Below, piece by piece: positions 19,991 through 29,353 of a stretch of 64,000 bases of DNA. Within the stretch, counting starts at the first letter, position 1. Every line of letters begins with the position of its first letter. Position numbers and translations under genes: made by a program. The notes under the pieces were generated by a model. It ran no database searches. It was not told the DNA's origin and saw nothing but the letters and a program-made list of their open reading frames with translations. Source of the DNA: a bacterium (GTDB lineage: Bacteria; UBA8248; JACPRG01; G963555815); NCBI GenBank assembly GCA_965218795.1, contig OZ244653.1, positions 1,760,001 through 1,824,000 of the forward strand, written 5' to 3'.

Positions 19991-21259
19991 TTACGCCGGT
20001 GAGACGATCTTCCCCAAAACCGCCGGGCGCCTGGCTCCGGTGATGGAGGGAACGTTCGCCGGAACGCCGAGTAATGCCGCCCGCGCCAGCAACGCGAACG
20101 AGACGGCTTCGACGGCGTGAGCGGGAATCCCCCGATCCTCCGACCGCACGACCTCGGCGTCTGGAAACTCCCTGCGAAGCCCGTCGATCAGAACCGGATT
20201 CCTCGCCCCCCCTCCGCAGACGACGACCTCTCCCGGAGGCGGCAGGAAACGTTTCACCTGCTTGCCGATCGAGCGTGTCGTGAACGCCGAGAGGGTCGCC
20301 AGAAAATCGCAGAAGGTCCGCGAACCGAACCGCATCGCCCGGAGCTCCCGCTGCCGAAGAAACACCTCGACGGCTTCTTTCAATGCGCGCGCGCCGAAGT
20401 CCTCCCGGCCCGTCGCCTTGGGCGGTCTCCGGCGAATGAAGGGATGGGCGATCAGGTGGCAGAGGAGCTTTTCATCCACCTGCCCCCGCGCCGCCATTCC
20501 GCCGTCCCGATCATGGCCCTCCCCTCCCCGGCTGTACTTCAGGACGGCGGCGTCGAGAAGCATGTTGGCCGGACCCGTATCGAATCCTTCCAGGCCGTCC
20601 AGGGCCTTCGTCCGCCCCCCGCTGAATCCCGCCGGCGCCCAGGTGACGTTGCAGATACCGCCCAGGTTGACGACGAGAACCGGATGGTCGCGCGCGGAAA
20701 AGAGGGTTCCGTGAGCGTAGGGAGTCAGCGGGGCGCCCAGTCCTCCTGCGGCGACGTCCGCGGGACGGAAGTCTCCCACGACCATGATCCCCGTCCGTTC
20801 CGCAATGACGGCCGGCTCGCCGATTTGGAAGGTTGCGTCGATCACCTTTCCGCCAAAGAGGGGCCGGTGACAGACCGTCTGCCCATGGGAGCCGATGGCC
20901 GACACCTTCTGCAAGGGGATACCGGCCGATTCCGCCACGCCGATGGCGGCCGCGGCGAAGCGCTCTCCCAGGTCATAGTGCAGCGACGTAAGCGCCGCGG
21001 TGGATTGCCCGGCCCGCGGCCGGCCCGCGGCCGGCGACTCGGAGGCCCCCAGGATGCGTGCGCGGAGCCCTTCCGAGAACGGGAAGGATCGGTGGGCGAT
21101 CAATTCTATGCGATACGCCGGGAACTTTTTCGAACGGGATTTCGAAATAGAAACCATCGAAGCCTCGATCCCGTCCGCCGAGGTCCCGGACATCAACCCG
21201 ATGAACAACCCCCTGCCATCGCTTTTCGAGTGGGGAGCATTAAACGCGGTCGGGCTCAC
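19991..21259 (-). CDS. anmK: anhydro-N-acetylmuramic acid kinase
   Basis: IGLMSGTSADG, IGSHGQT, DFRPADVAAGGLGAPL, NLGGICN, FDTGPAN, EAVSFALLA. Confidence 0.93.
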   Translation of the reverse strand: MSPTAFNAPHSKSDGRGLFIGLMSGTSADGIEASMVSISKSRSKKFPAYRIELIAHRSFPFSEGLRARILGASESPAAGRPRAGQSTAALTSLHYDLGERFAAAAIGVAESAGIPLQKVSAIGSHGQTVCHRPLFGGKVIDATFQIGEPAVIAERTGIMVVGDFRPADVAAGGLGAPLTPYAHGTLFSARDHPVLVVNLGGICNVTWAPAGFSGGRTKALDGLEGFDTGPANMLLDAAVLKYSRGGEGHDRDGGMAARGQVDEKLLCHLIAHPFIRRRPPKATGREDFGARALKEAVEVFLRQRELRAMRFGSRTFCDFLATLSAFTTRSIGKQVKRFLPPPGEVVVCGGGARNPVLIDGLRREFPDAEVVRSEDRGIPAHAVEAVSFALLARAALLGVPANVPSITGARRPAVLGKIVSPA

Positions 21260-23607
21260 GGCCGGCCTTTCCCTCCGCCCCGCCGGGACGGTTTCAATGG
21301 ATCCGCCCCGTAGATGACCTGATACCAGCGGTAATAGGCCATCACCCTGCGGGTATACCGGCGGGTCTCGCGGTACGGAATCAAGGCAATGAATGAAGCC
21401 TCATCCAAATGGCCGTTGGCCTTCCACCATCTCCGGGCCGCATTGAACCCCGCATTGTAAGCGGCCACGGCGGGCACGGGATTCCCGCCAAAACGGGCGA
21501 CCAGACTTCCGAGAAACGCGCTGCCCAATCGGATATTGAGATCGGGATGGAACAGATCCTCGGGTGAAGGCTCCGGAAGGTTGAGCCGGCGGGCCAGACG
21601 GCGCGCCGTTTTCGGCATGAGCTGCATCAGCCCGCGGGCGCCGGCCGTGGAGATCCCCTTGGGATCGAAAAGACTCTCAGCCCGTGCAATGGCGCTGACC
21701 AGCAGCGGATCGACCGGGTTGCGAGACCCGTTCCCTTCCGCGTATCGCAACGCGCGACGGTCGAACGGATAAAGGATCCGCCAAAACTCCCGGGGCGGGG
21801 GACCGATCCCCAAGCGAGCCCGCCGGAACGCGAACCGCTCTAAAATCCGGAGCGCCTCTCCGTGATCCCTCGCCAAGTGAAGGAACCGCGCGCGCTGATA
21901 CAGGAAGTAACGGGATTCCAGACCGGGTCCCTGTAAAGCGTCCGCAGCAGGCCGGAACAATCCGGCCAGGAAGAGACGACCGGCCTCCTCGGCCGCCGAT
22001 CTCGATACACGGTTCCAGGTGGGCGGTCCCGGGAAACGCGAGGGCCCGGAGATTTCCCGGCCGTCCTGTTTCAATGCGACCCCAAGACGAAGGGCTCCCA
22101 GCTGGCCGTAATAGGAGGCCGGATCAGCGTCGCGTGTTAATCGGTAGTAGGTTTTGGCAACCGGGCGACCCGCCCGTTCGGCCGCCCTGCCGGCCCAATA
22201 CCGGGCGGCCTGGACAACAGCGGAACCTGCTCGGTCCCGCGCCAAGCGCGAGAGGGATTTCTCGGCTTGGGCATCACGACCGTTCCAATAATGGATCCAA
22301 CCCACTCGCCAGCGAGCCAAATCCCCCTGCCGGGTTGCCGGATGGCGGTTCGTCAGCTCCTGGTACAGCCGAAGGGCCTTCCCCAAGTGACCGTTGTCCT
22401 CAACGATCCGCGCCCGCAAATACAGAAATTGCCGCGCCCACGCGTTCCGGGGGTAATCCCGCAACAATTCATCGCCGACCTTGTGAAAATCTTTCAAGTC
22501 GTCCCGACGGAGATACGTTCGGGCAAGGTAGTAGAGGGCTTTCGGCGCCCATCTCCCCCCGCGGCCTTCGGATGCGGCCCACCGGAGACGCTCGGCCGCG
22601 TCCCTGTTGCGGCGGAGGAAGTAAGCGTCCAGCCCCAGATGGAATCCAACGGTGATGCTCAAGGATTTCGGGATCGCGCGCTCGCTCAGGACCCGCCAAG
22701 CCCGCGCGGCCTCGGCGATTTTTCGCGCCTTCTGAAGTTTCCTGGCTCGGGTCAGCAGTTCTTGCGTCGAAGGTCGAGGGGACTTGAAACCGCGCTTTCG
22801 AAGGTGGGCCAGCCGCATCTCAGAATTCCGTGCGGCCTCATCGATGGGGTGACGCAGCCAGATTTCATAATAAATCGGGACGGATTCGCCGGGGCGGCCC
22901 TCCTTTTCGAGGCATCGGGCCCTCCGGTACAGAAGCTTGGGCAGGTCCGGATGGCGGGGGTGATGGGTTCGCAAGTCCGCTGCCTTTTTTCCTCCCCTGC
23001 CGCAGTCCCCGACGGCAAACCAGGCCCGGGCGGCCCGGGCGCGGGCCATACCCGCCACGCGGCCCGATGCGGGCACCGACTCATACTTCCTCGCCGCCAT
23101 GCGGTGCCGACCCAACGCCTCCAAGGCCCGGGCCTCCAGCAAAAGAAGATGGGGGCGCAATTCCCGAAGAACAGATTTTTTCTCCTGATTCACCTTTTTC
23201 AAGACTCGCAGGCTTTCCGATGGCCGTCCGGCTTCCAGAAAGGCTCGGGCTACAATGATCCGGGCGTTGAATATCCACGCGCCCCCGTCGTTCTCCGCCC
23301 CGCCGGCGGCCGTCAACCGCTGTATAAACTTCACGGCGGACAAAGCGGCCTCTTCGTACCCGCCATTGGCAAGGAAGGTCAATGCTGCGGCAATTTGCTT
23401 CGGAACGCTTCTGGGCCCTTCCGGCAATGAGATTCGGGACCATCCCTTTGGCTCACGGTCCGAAGGAACCTTGTGAGAGGGGACGACCGCAGGTGTGGGC
23501 GGAGAGTCTTCCGCGGCAGCCCCTCGGGGGGATAGCGCGTTTCCACCCATCAGGACCATGAAGCCGATCAGAACAGAAACGAGTCGATGATGGGTCACGT
23601 TAGACAA
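21256..23607 (-). CDS. TPR-repeat soluble lytic transglycosylase (SLT domain)
   Basis: Signal peptide, TPR-like repeats, AIARAES, GARGLMQLMP, AAYNAG, IPYRETRRY. Confidence 0.9.
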   Translation of the reverse strand: MSNVTHHRLVSVLIGFMVLMGGNALSPRGAAAEDSPPTPAVVPSHKVPSDREPKGWSRISLPEGPRSVPKQIAAALTFLANGGYEEAALSAVKFIQRLTAAGGAENDGGAWIFNARIIVARAFLEAGRPSESLRVLKKVNQEKKSVLRELRPHLLLLEARALEALGRHRMAARKYESVPASGRVAGMARARAARAWFAVGDCGRGGKKAADLRTHHPRHPDLPKLLYRRARCLEKEGRPGESVPIYYEIWLRHPIDEAARNSEMRLAHLRKRGFKSPRPSTQELLTRARKLQKARKIAEAARAWRVLSERAIPKSLSITVGFHLGLDAYFLRRNRDAAERLRWAASEGRGGRWAPKALYYLARTYLRRDDLKDFHKVGDELLRDYPRNAWARQFLYLRARIVEDNGHLGKALRLYQELTNRHPATRQGDLARWRVGWIHYWNGRDAQAEKSLSRLARDRAGSAVVQAARYWAGRAAERAGRPVAKTYYRLTRDADPASYYGQLGALRLGVALKQDGREISGPSRFPGPPTWNRVSRSAAEEAGRLFLAGLFRPAADALQGPGLESRYFLYQRARFLHLARDHGEALRILERFAFRRARLGIGPPPREFWRILYPFDRRALRYAEGNGSRNPVDPLLVSAIARAESLFDPKGISTAGARGLMQLMPKTARRLARRLNLPEPSPEDLFHPDLNIRLGSAFLGSLVARFGGNPVPAVAAYNAGFNAARRWWKANGHLDEASFIALIPYRETRRYTRRVMAYYRWYQVIYGADPLKPSRRGGGKGRP

Positions 23608-24103
23608 CGGGATTCAGCGGAGGCGGCGCGAACAGAATGGGCATGGACTCCTCGAAGCGGGACGGCGAAATCCCATGAACCCGTCCATTATCCCTCGGGG
23701 CCCTGGATCCGGCAAGCTGAGGAGACCCTCCGAACATCCCCCGATCACCTCAGATGACGGACGCTTCGCCGCTGGTCCCGGCGGATCATGCGGGGCGGGC
23801 TTCCAGCTGTCTTCGGCAGGCGTCCGGGACCGTCGCCCTTCCCAGTCCAGGCCGAGGCAGGCCGACCCCGTTTTCAGAGGATGGAAGCGGTGAATCATTC
23901 TCCATGTCTTCATCCAGCCGACCGCGGCGCCCGAAAATCGCCATGAAAGCACAGTGGCTCGCTGCCTCGAGCTTCCCCGGGAGGATCACCATCAACTCCG
24001 GCATCCCTGGAACCGGGAACAAATCAGCTTTCTCACCATTGACTTTCCGGCCCCTCGTTGCTACGTTTTCCTTTTGGATAGCTGTCGCAAATCGAGAGGA
24101 TAC

Positions 24104-24799
24104 GTGCCTACTGTTACAGACCTTTCCAAAGGCGGCATTTGGGGTCTGATCTCCCATTCTGGACCAGTCGTCCAGTTGGTCCTTCTGATTCTCGTCGCCT
24201 TCTCCGTCGTCTCTTGGGCCATCATCATCTCCAAGTCCCTCTCCCTGAGGGGGGCCCGGGATCAGTCTCGCGAGTTCCTGAACGCGTTCTGGAAGAACCA
24301 GCGGCTGGATGCCTTGTATGAGCAGTCCGAGGAATGGATGGACAGTCCCGTCTGCAAGGTGTTCCGGGCGGGGTACAGGGAACTCTCGCGGTCACACGAC
24401 GCCGTGACCAAGGCGCAGCCCGAGACGGACGTCGCCGTGGCGAATGTGGGTCGCGCGATGTCGCGGACCCATAACCTCGAAGCCACCCGGCTGGATCGGT
24501 CGCTGACGTTTCTGGCGACCACCGGAAGCGCCGCCCCGTTCATCGGGCTGTTCGGCACCGTTTGGGGGATAATGAACGCCTTCCGCGGGATCGGGCGTAC
24601 CGGAGCGGCCAGTCTGGCGGTCGTGGCGCCCGGCATCAGCGAGGCGCTCATCGCCACCGCGGTTGGGCTCGCGGCGGCCATACCTGCGGTGATTGCATAC
24701 AACGCCTTCAACCGGCGGTCGGAAACGCTGACGACGGAGATGGAAAACTTTCACGCGGAGTTCCTGAACCTGGTCGAGAGGTACTGCGCGACCCGATAA
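24104..24799 (+). CDS. tolQ: TolQ
   Basis: FLATTGSAAPFIGLFGTVWGIM, VVAPGISEALIATAVGL; GTG start with GAGGA RBS. Confidence 0.93.
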   Translation: MPTVTDLSKGGIWGLISHSGPVVQLVLLILVAFSVVSWAIIISKSLSLRGARDQSREFLNAFWKNQRLDALYEQSEEWMDSPVCKVFRAGYRELSRSHDAVTKAQPETDVAVANVGRAMSRTHNLEATRLDRSLTFLATTGSAAPFIGLFGTVWGIMNAFRGIGRTGAASLAVVAPGISEALIATAVGLAAAIPAVIAYNAFNRRSETLTTEMENFHAEFLNLVERYCATR

Positions 24800-24829
24800 G
24801 TCGAAGCCCTCGGGCGAAAGGCTCCCCTC

Positions 24830-25246
24830 ATGGCGGTCCAACTCAAGAAAAGCCGCGCAATATCGGACATCAACGTAACCCCTTTCGTGGACGTCATGTT
24901 GGTGCTGCTGATCATTTTCATGGTTACGGCTCCGATGCTCCAGCAGGGAGTCGATGTCGACCTGCCGGCCGTTAACGCCCGAGAGCTGCCGCTTGACGCC
25001 GAGCAGCTCATCGTTTCGGTCACCCAGGACCGGCGCGTATTCCTCAACCGAGCGCCCTTGTCGATCCCCCAGCTTCAGGAGAAGCTGGGGGCCATTTACA
25101 AGGGAAAACCCAATCGGGAAGTGTTTCTCCGGGCTGACAAGGACGTCCCCTACGGCTTTGTGGTCCGCACCATGGCCGCCATCCGGGCCAGCGGGATCCA
25201 CCGCGTGGGGATGGTGACGGAGGCGGCTTCCGTTCGAACGCCATGA
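24830..25246 (+). CDS. tolR: TolR
   Basis: DINVTPFVDVMLVLLIIFMVTAPM, LRADKDVPYG. Confidence 0.93.
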   Translation: MAVQLKKSRAISDINVTPFVDVMLVLLIIFMVTAPMLQQGVDVDLPAVNARELPLDAEQLIVSVTQDRRVFLNRAPLSIPQLQEKLGAIYKGKPNREVFLRADKDVPYGFVVRTMAAIRASGIHRVGMVTEAASVRTP

Positions 25247-26178
25247 ACTACGACGACCCCGAACCCAAGACCCGCTGGAGAATAATGATTGGGGTGTCCC
25301 TGGCCATCCACATCATCATCATCGGCGGCGCCGTCATGCTGGCATCCGGCTCCGCTCCCCGCCGTTCGCTGTACGCTCCTTCGATCAGCGTGGGTCTCTA
25401 CGGACCGGGTAAGCTCGGCCCTCCCGGAGGGGCTGGAGATCCCGCAGGCCAACCGCCGGCAGCGGAGAGCGAGCCGGCTCCGTCTCCAGTCGAAGAGAAA
25501 GCCGGCCCCCCCAAACCGGAGAAGGCGAAACCGGCTCCGCCAAAGGTGACCCCGGCAGCCACCCCACCGAAGAAGGCGCTCCCTCCCAAGGAAGTCGTTC
25601 GGGTTCCGAAGAAGACTCCGACCCGAAAGAAGGCTGTGAAGAAGCGGGACGCCCCGCCGAGAAAGAAGATCCCGCCGAAGAAGGCGGCCAAGCCCAGGCA
25701 GCGGCCCAAACCCAAAAGCGTATCCCGCCCGTCCAAAAAGCTCAAAAGGAAGAGATCGCTCAATACGAAGGAACTGGATCAGCTGGCGAAAATCCGAAAG
25801 AGACTCTCGGCTCGGGCGAGCCGACCCGGCACAGGCGGCTCGGGACGAGAGGGACCGGGAGGAGGAAACGGTGGCCTTCCCGGGGGAAGAAATGCGTACA
25901 AGAACGAACTGGCGCGGATTTTCTACGATGCCTGGGTGCTTCCCGACTCACTGCGCGACAAGGGGCTGAAAGCCACCCTTGTCTTGCAGATCGACCGGGG
26001 CGGGCTAATCCTGGAAACTGTCATCCTGGAGTCTTCAGGGAACCGGCTGTTCGACGAATCCGTAATGCGCGCGGTCGGCAAAGTGAAAACCGGCGGCGTG
26101 CCGCCTTTGCCTCCGGAAATTCCGGAGGGTATCCTCGAACAGGGATTCATCTTCGACCCAAAATATCTCCGGCAATGA
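25243..26178 (+). CDS. tolA: TolA / TonB-family energy transducer
   Basis: N-terminal TM helix with S...H motif, Pro/Lys-rich linker, C-terminal SSGNRLFDESVMRAV; lies between tolR and tolB. Confidence 0.85.
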   Translation: MNYDDPEPKTRWRIMIGVSLAIHIIIIGGAVMLASGSAPRRSLYAPSISVGLYGPGKLGPPGGAGDPAGQPPAAESEPAPSPVEEKAGPPKPEKAKPAPPKVTPAATPPKKALPPKEVVRVPKKTPTRKKAVKKRDAPPRKKIPPKKAAKPRQRPKPKSVSRPSKKLKRKRSLNTKELDQLAKIRKRLSARASRPGTGGSGREGPGGGNGGLPGGRNAYKNELARIFYDAWVLPDSLRDKGLKATLVLQIDRGGLILETVILESSGNRLFDESVMRAVGKVKTGGVPPLPPEIPEGILEQGFIFDPKYLRQ

Positions 26179-27524
26179 ATCGATTCGAAGACCGCACCCA
26201 CAAGCGAAGTTCACTGATTGGGCTGGCCCTTGCCTGCTGGGCCTGCTGGGCCGTTTTCTGGTTGGCCGGATCCAGCCCGCTTCATGCGCAACCCAAGGAC
26301 TTCATCATCATAGGCCCGGGGGGAGGACGGCAACTGCCGCTGGCCGTCGGCGCGTTTCGGGATATGGGCGCCACTCCATCCGACACCCCGCTGGGACTGA
26401 AAATCACGCAAGTCATCACCGATGACCTCGAGGCCACGGGGCTGTTTCGCATCCTGGACCCTGTCACGTTTCTGGAAGACCCCCTGTCGAGCGGAATTGT
26501 TCCGGAACAGATCGATTTCCGAAGCTGGAGCGCAATCGGCACCGAAGCCTTGATCAAGGGCGGATTTCGAATTCAAGGAGACCGCCTCGAGGTGGAGGCC
26601 CGTCTGTTCGAGGTGGTCCGCAGCGGCATGACAGTCGGGAAAAAATACGTCGGAAGACCTGAAGATTTTCGCCGCATCGCCCATAGCTTTGCCAACGAGG
26701 TCATCCGGCACTTTACAGGAGAGCCGGGAGCCTTCGATACGCAGATCGCTTACGTGTCCCGAAGGCGGGGAAGCAAAGAGATTTTCCTGATGGATTATGA
26801 CGGATACGCGCCGCGGCAGTTTACCCGAAACCGAACGATCAACCTCAAGCCCGCGTGGTCTCCGGACGGAAGGAAGCTGGCCTACACCTCTTACCGCGAG
26901 CGCCGTCCGTCCGTCTTCGTAGCGGACGTCCGAAAGGGCGGGAGCCGGCGACTTCCCCTTCAGGCGGATATGGCGACCGGAGCCGTCTGGTCGCCGGACG
27001 GATCCCTGATGGCCGTCGCGCTCAGTCGGCGCGGAAATACCGACCTGCATCTATTGAATCCGCAAGGGAAACCTCTCCGAAGGCTGACCAGCCACTTCGC
27101 CATTGACGTGGACCCGGCCTGGTCCCCCGACGGCAAGACCCTGGCCTTCACATCGAACCGATCCGGCTCCCCCCAGATCTACCTCGTCGAAGTCTCAGGC
27201 AGGAATGTCCGCCGAATCACCTTCGAAGGCCGTTATAACAGCTCCCCGGTATGGTCTCCGAAGGGTGATCTCATCGTCTTCAACGGCATCACAAAGAAAG
27301 AGTTCAAGCTGTTTTCCATACGGCCCGACGGGACGCGTCTACGAAGGCTGACCTCGTTGAAAGGGGAGCAGTCTGATCCCTCATGGTCTCCCGATGGAAG
27401 GTTCTTGGCCTTCACACTGGAAAGGGAGAAGAAATCCGTCTACTTACTGAATGTGGCCACCGGTTGGCTGCGCCTCCTCGGAAGGGGAGAAAGTCCGGCT
27501 TGGTCCCCCCGGATGAAAAATTAA
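26175..27524 (+). CDS. tolB: TolB beta-propeller protein
   Basis: TolB N-domain followed by repeated PAWSPDG (PD40) motifs. Confidence 0.93.
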   Translation: MNRFEDRTHKRSSLIGLALACWACWAVFWLAGSSPLHAQPKDFIIIGPGGGRQLPLAVGAFRDMGATPSDTPLGLKITQVITDDLEATGLFRILDPVTFLEDPLSSGIVPEQIDFRSWSAIGTEALIKGGFRIQGDRLEVEARLFEVVRSGMTVGKKYVGRPEDFRRIAHSFANEVIRHFTGEPGAFDTQIAYVSRRRGSKEIFLMDYDGYAPRQFTRNRTINLKPAWSPDGRKLAYTSYRERRPSVFVADVRKGGSRRLPLQADMATGAVWSPDGSLMAVALSRRGNTDLHLLNPQGKPLRRLTSHFAIDVDPAWSPDGKTLAFTSNRSGSPQIYLVEVSGRNVRRITFEGRYNSSPVWSPKGDLIVFNGITKKEFKLFSIRPDGTRLRRLTSLKGEQSDPSWSPDGRFLAFTLEREKKSVYLLNVATGWLRLLGRGESPAWSPRMKN

Positions 27525-27654
27525 TGAAATGGTTTGCGTTTCGCCCTGTATCGCATGATATTATGTATGTTATGCTTGAAGCGACCTTGGATGCGACGCC
27601 TCTGGGTGCTGATCATGCAAACTACAATGAAATTAGAAATTAGGAGAAGATTCA

Positions 27655-28239
27655 ATGCGGATGATTGGAGTTCGAGGACGCATCCCGTTTCTTATGGTCG
27701 CGGGACTGGCTGTCTTTCTGGTGGGTTGTCCCAAGAAAGCGCCGGTCCCGGTCAAACCGGCTGAACCCGCAAAACCTGCGGAGGCTCCAGTCGCCCGCCC
27801 GGCGGTGCCCAAGCCCCCTCCGACACCGATACCGGCCCCTCAGATGAAGGTTGAAGATGAAGACGCCAAAAAGGCCCGTGAATTTCAGCAAGCCATGCGT
27901 CTGTTTGAGAGTGAACTGATTCATTTCGATTTCGATCGCTCCGAGATCAAAAATCGTTACAAACCGGTCCTCAACCACAAGGCGTCTTTCCTGAAAAGCT
28001 ATCCCAACGCTCGAATCCAGATTGAAGGCCACTGCGACGAGCGCGGCTCGGTCCAGTACAACCTGGCACTGGGAGATCGTCGGGCCAACAGCGCGAAGGC
28101 CTACTTGGTTGCGTTAGGCATCTCAGCCGATCGAATCTCCACCATCAGCTTCGGAGAAGAACGTCCGGTGGATTCCGGAAACAACGAGGAAGCCTGGGCC
28201 AAGAACCGCCGGGACAGGTTTGTTATCGTCGGTCAGTAG
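27655..28239 (+). CDS. pal: peptidoglycan-associated lipoprotein Pal
   Basis: LVGC lipobox, IHFDFD, IEGHCDERGS..YNLALGDRRA, KNRR. Confidence 0.95.
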   Translation: MRMIGVRGRIPFLMVAGLAVFLVGCPKKAPVPVKPAEPAKPAEAPVARPAVPKPPPTPIPAPQMKVEDEDAKKAREFQQAMRLFESELIHFDFDRSEIKNRYKPVLNHKASFLKSYPNARIQIEGHCDERGSVQYNLALGDRRANSAKAYLVALGISADRISTISFGEERPVDSGNNEEAWAKNRRDRFVIVGQ

Positions 28240-28285
28240 GACTCGTGATCGCTCCTGACCCCAGCTCCTGAAGGGTGTACACACC

Positions 28286-29197
28286 ATGATTCGGCGGATC
28301 GGCGGAATCCTGACGGGCTTGTTGTTGCTCCTGACGGGATGCATCACCAACGAAGAGGTGGAGTTGCTTCGCTCGGATATTCGGAGGCTGAAACGCCAAG
28401 TCCAACTCATCCAGAAAGAATCCGGTAAGAAGAGCACCGCCCTCCAGGCGAGCGTTGATCCCATCGCCGCACGGCTCCAGGCCATCCAGAAGGAGGTTCA
28501 ATCCATACGCCATACGCAGGCGGATTTCGAAACGCGTCTGGAGCAGACCTCGAGAACGGCGTCCAAAGCCACCGGAACGGCCGAGGAGCGGAAATTCAAG
28601 GCCCGCAAACAGTCACGGAAGTTCAAGGATCTCAAGGCCGTCATGGAAACCCGGCTCGCGGTTCTGGAGAAGGAGGTTTCTGTCCTGAAGACGTCTCGGG
28701 GGCCCGCTCCCGATTCCTCTCGGCCAACGGCCCCTGTCCGGCCGCCGCCTGCCGCCCCAAGTCCACCGCGCTTCGCCTCACCGACCAAGCCCGCGGCTAT
28801 GAGTCCGGTCCCTCCCCCCGCGATTTCGGATGATGAACGCGCGCATACTGCGGCGATCTCTTTGCTCAAAGACAGAAAAATCAGAGAGGCGCGAAACAAG
28901 TTCCAGGACATGCTCCGTCGTTTCCCCACGTCCAGATTTGCCGATGACGCCCAATACTGGATCGGGGAGACCTTCTACCGTGAAAAAAGATACGACAAGG
29001 CCATCCTCGAATACGACAAAGTTGTCATCAATTATTCCAAAGGCGACAAAGTTCCCGCCGCGCTCCTGAAGCAGGGATTGGCCTTCCTGGCTTTGGGTGA
29101 CAAGGCGTCGGCGAGACAGCTCATGAATCAGCTCATCAGCGAATATCCCGACTCGGAAGAGGCGAAGACGGCTCGATCGAGGCTCTCCAGCCTGTAA
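28286..29197 (+). CDS. cpoB: Tol-Pal system protein CpoB/YbgF
   Basis: Lipobox, coiled coil, TPRs AQYWIGE and KVPAALLKQG; directly follows pal. Confidence 0.9.
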   Translation: MIRRIGGILTGLLLLLTGCITNEEVELLRSDIRRLKRQVQLIQKESGKKSTALQASVDPIAARLQAIQKEVQSIRHTQADFETRLEQTSRTASKATGTAEERKFKARKQSRKFKDLKAVMETRLAVLEKEVSVLKTSRGPAPDSSRPTAPVRPPPAAPSPPRFASPTKPAAMSPVPPPAISDDERAHTAAISLLKDRKIREARNKFQDMLRRFPTSRFADDAQYWIGETFYREKRYDKAILEYDKVVINYSKGDKVPAALLKQGLAFLALGDKASARQLMNQLISEYPDSEEAKTARSRLSSL

Positions 29198-29353
29198 GGA
29201 CAACTCTTTCGCACACACCTCCCCGCGCGGAGCCGCTCCTTTATCAGGAGGGAACCTTGAGACCCTCAGGAGGATGACCCGCCGGAATGCCGGCGCGGCG
29301 GGCGGGCCGCCGTTTGTCGATTGCCCATGTGGAGAGCAAAACGAAAACGCCCG

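Noticed and set aside
23614-24100. Short ORFs between the lytic transglycosylase and tolQ, and the extended TolQ N-terminus
   Set aside because: No motifs or clear RBS; most likely a divergent promoter region.
25440-25760. Pro/Lys-rich repetitive stretch
   Set aside because: Normal TolA/TonB periplasmic linker.
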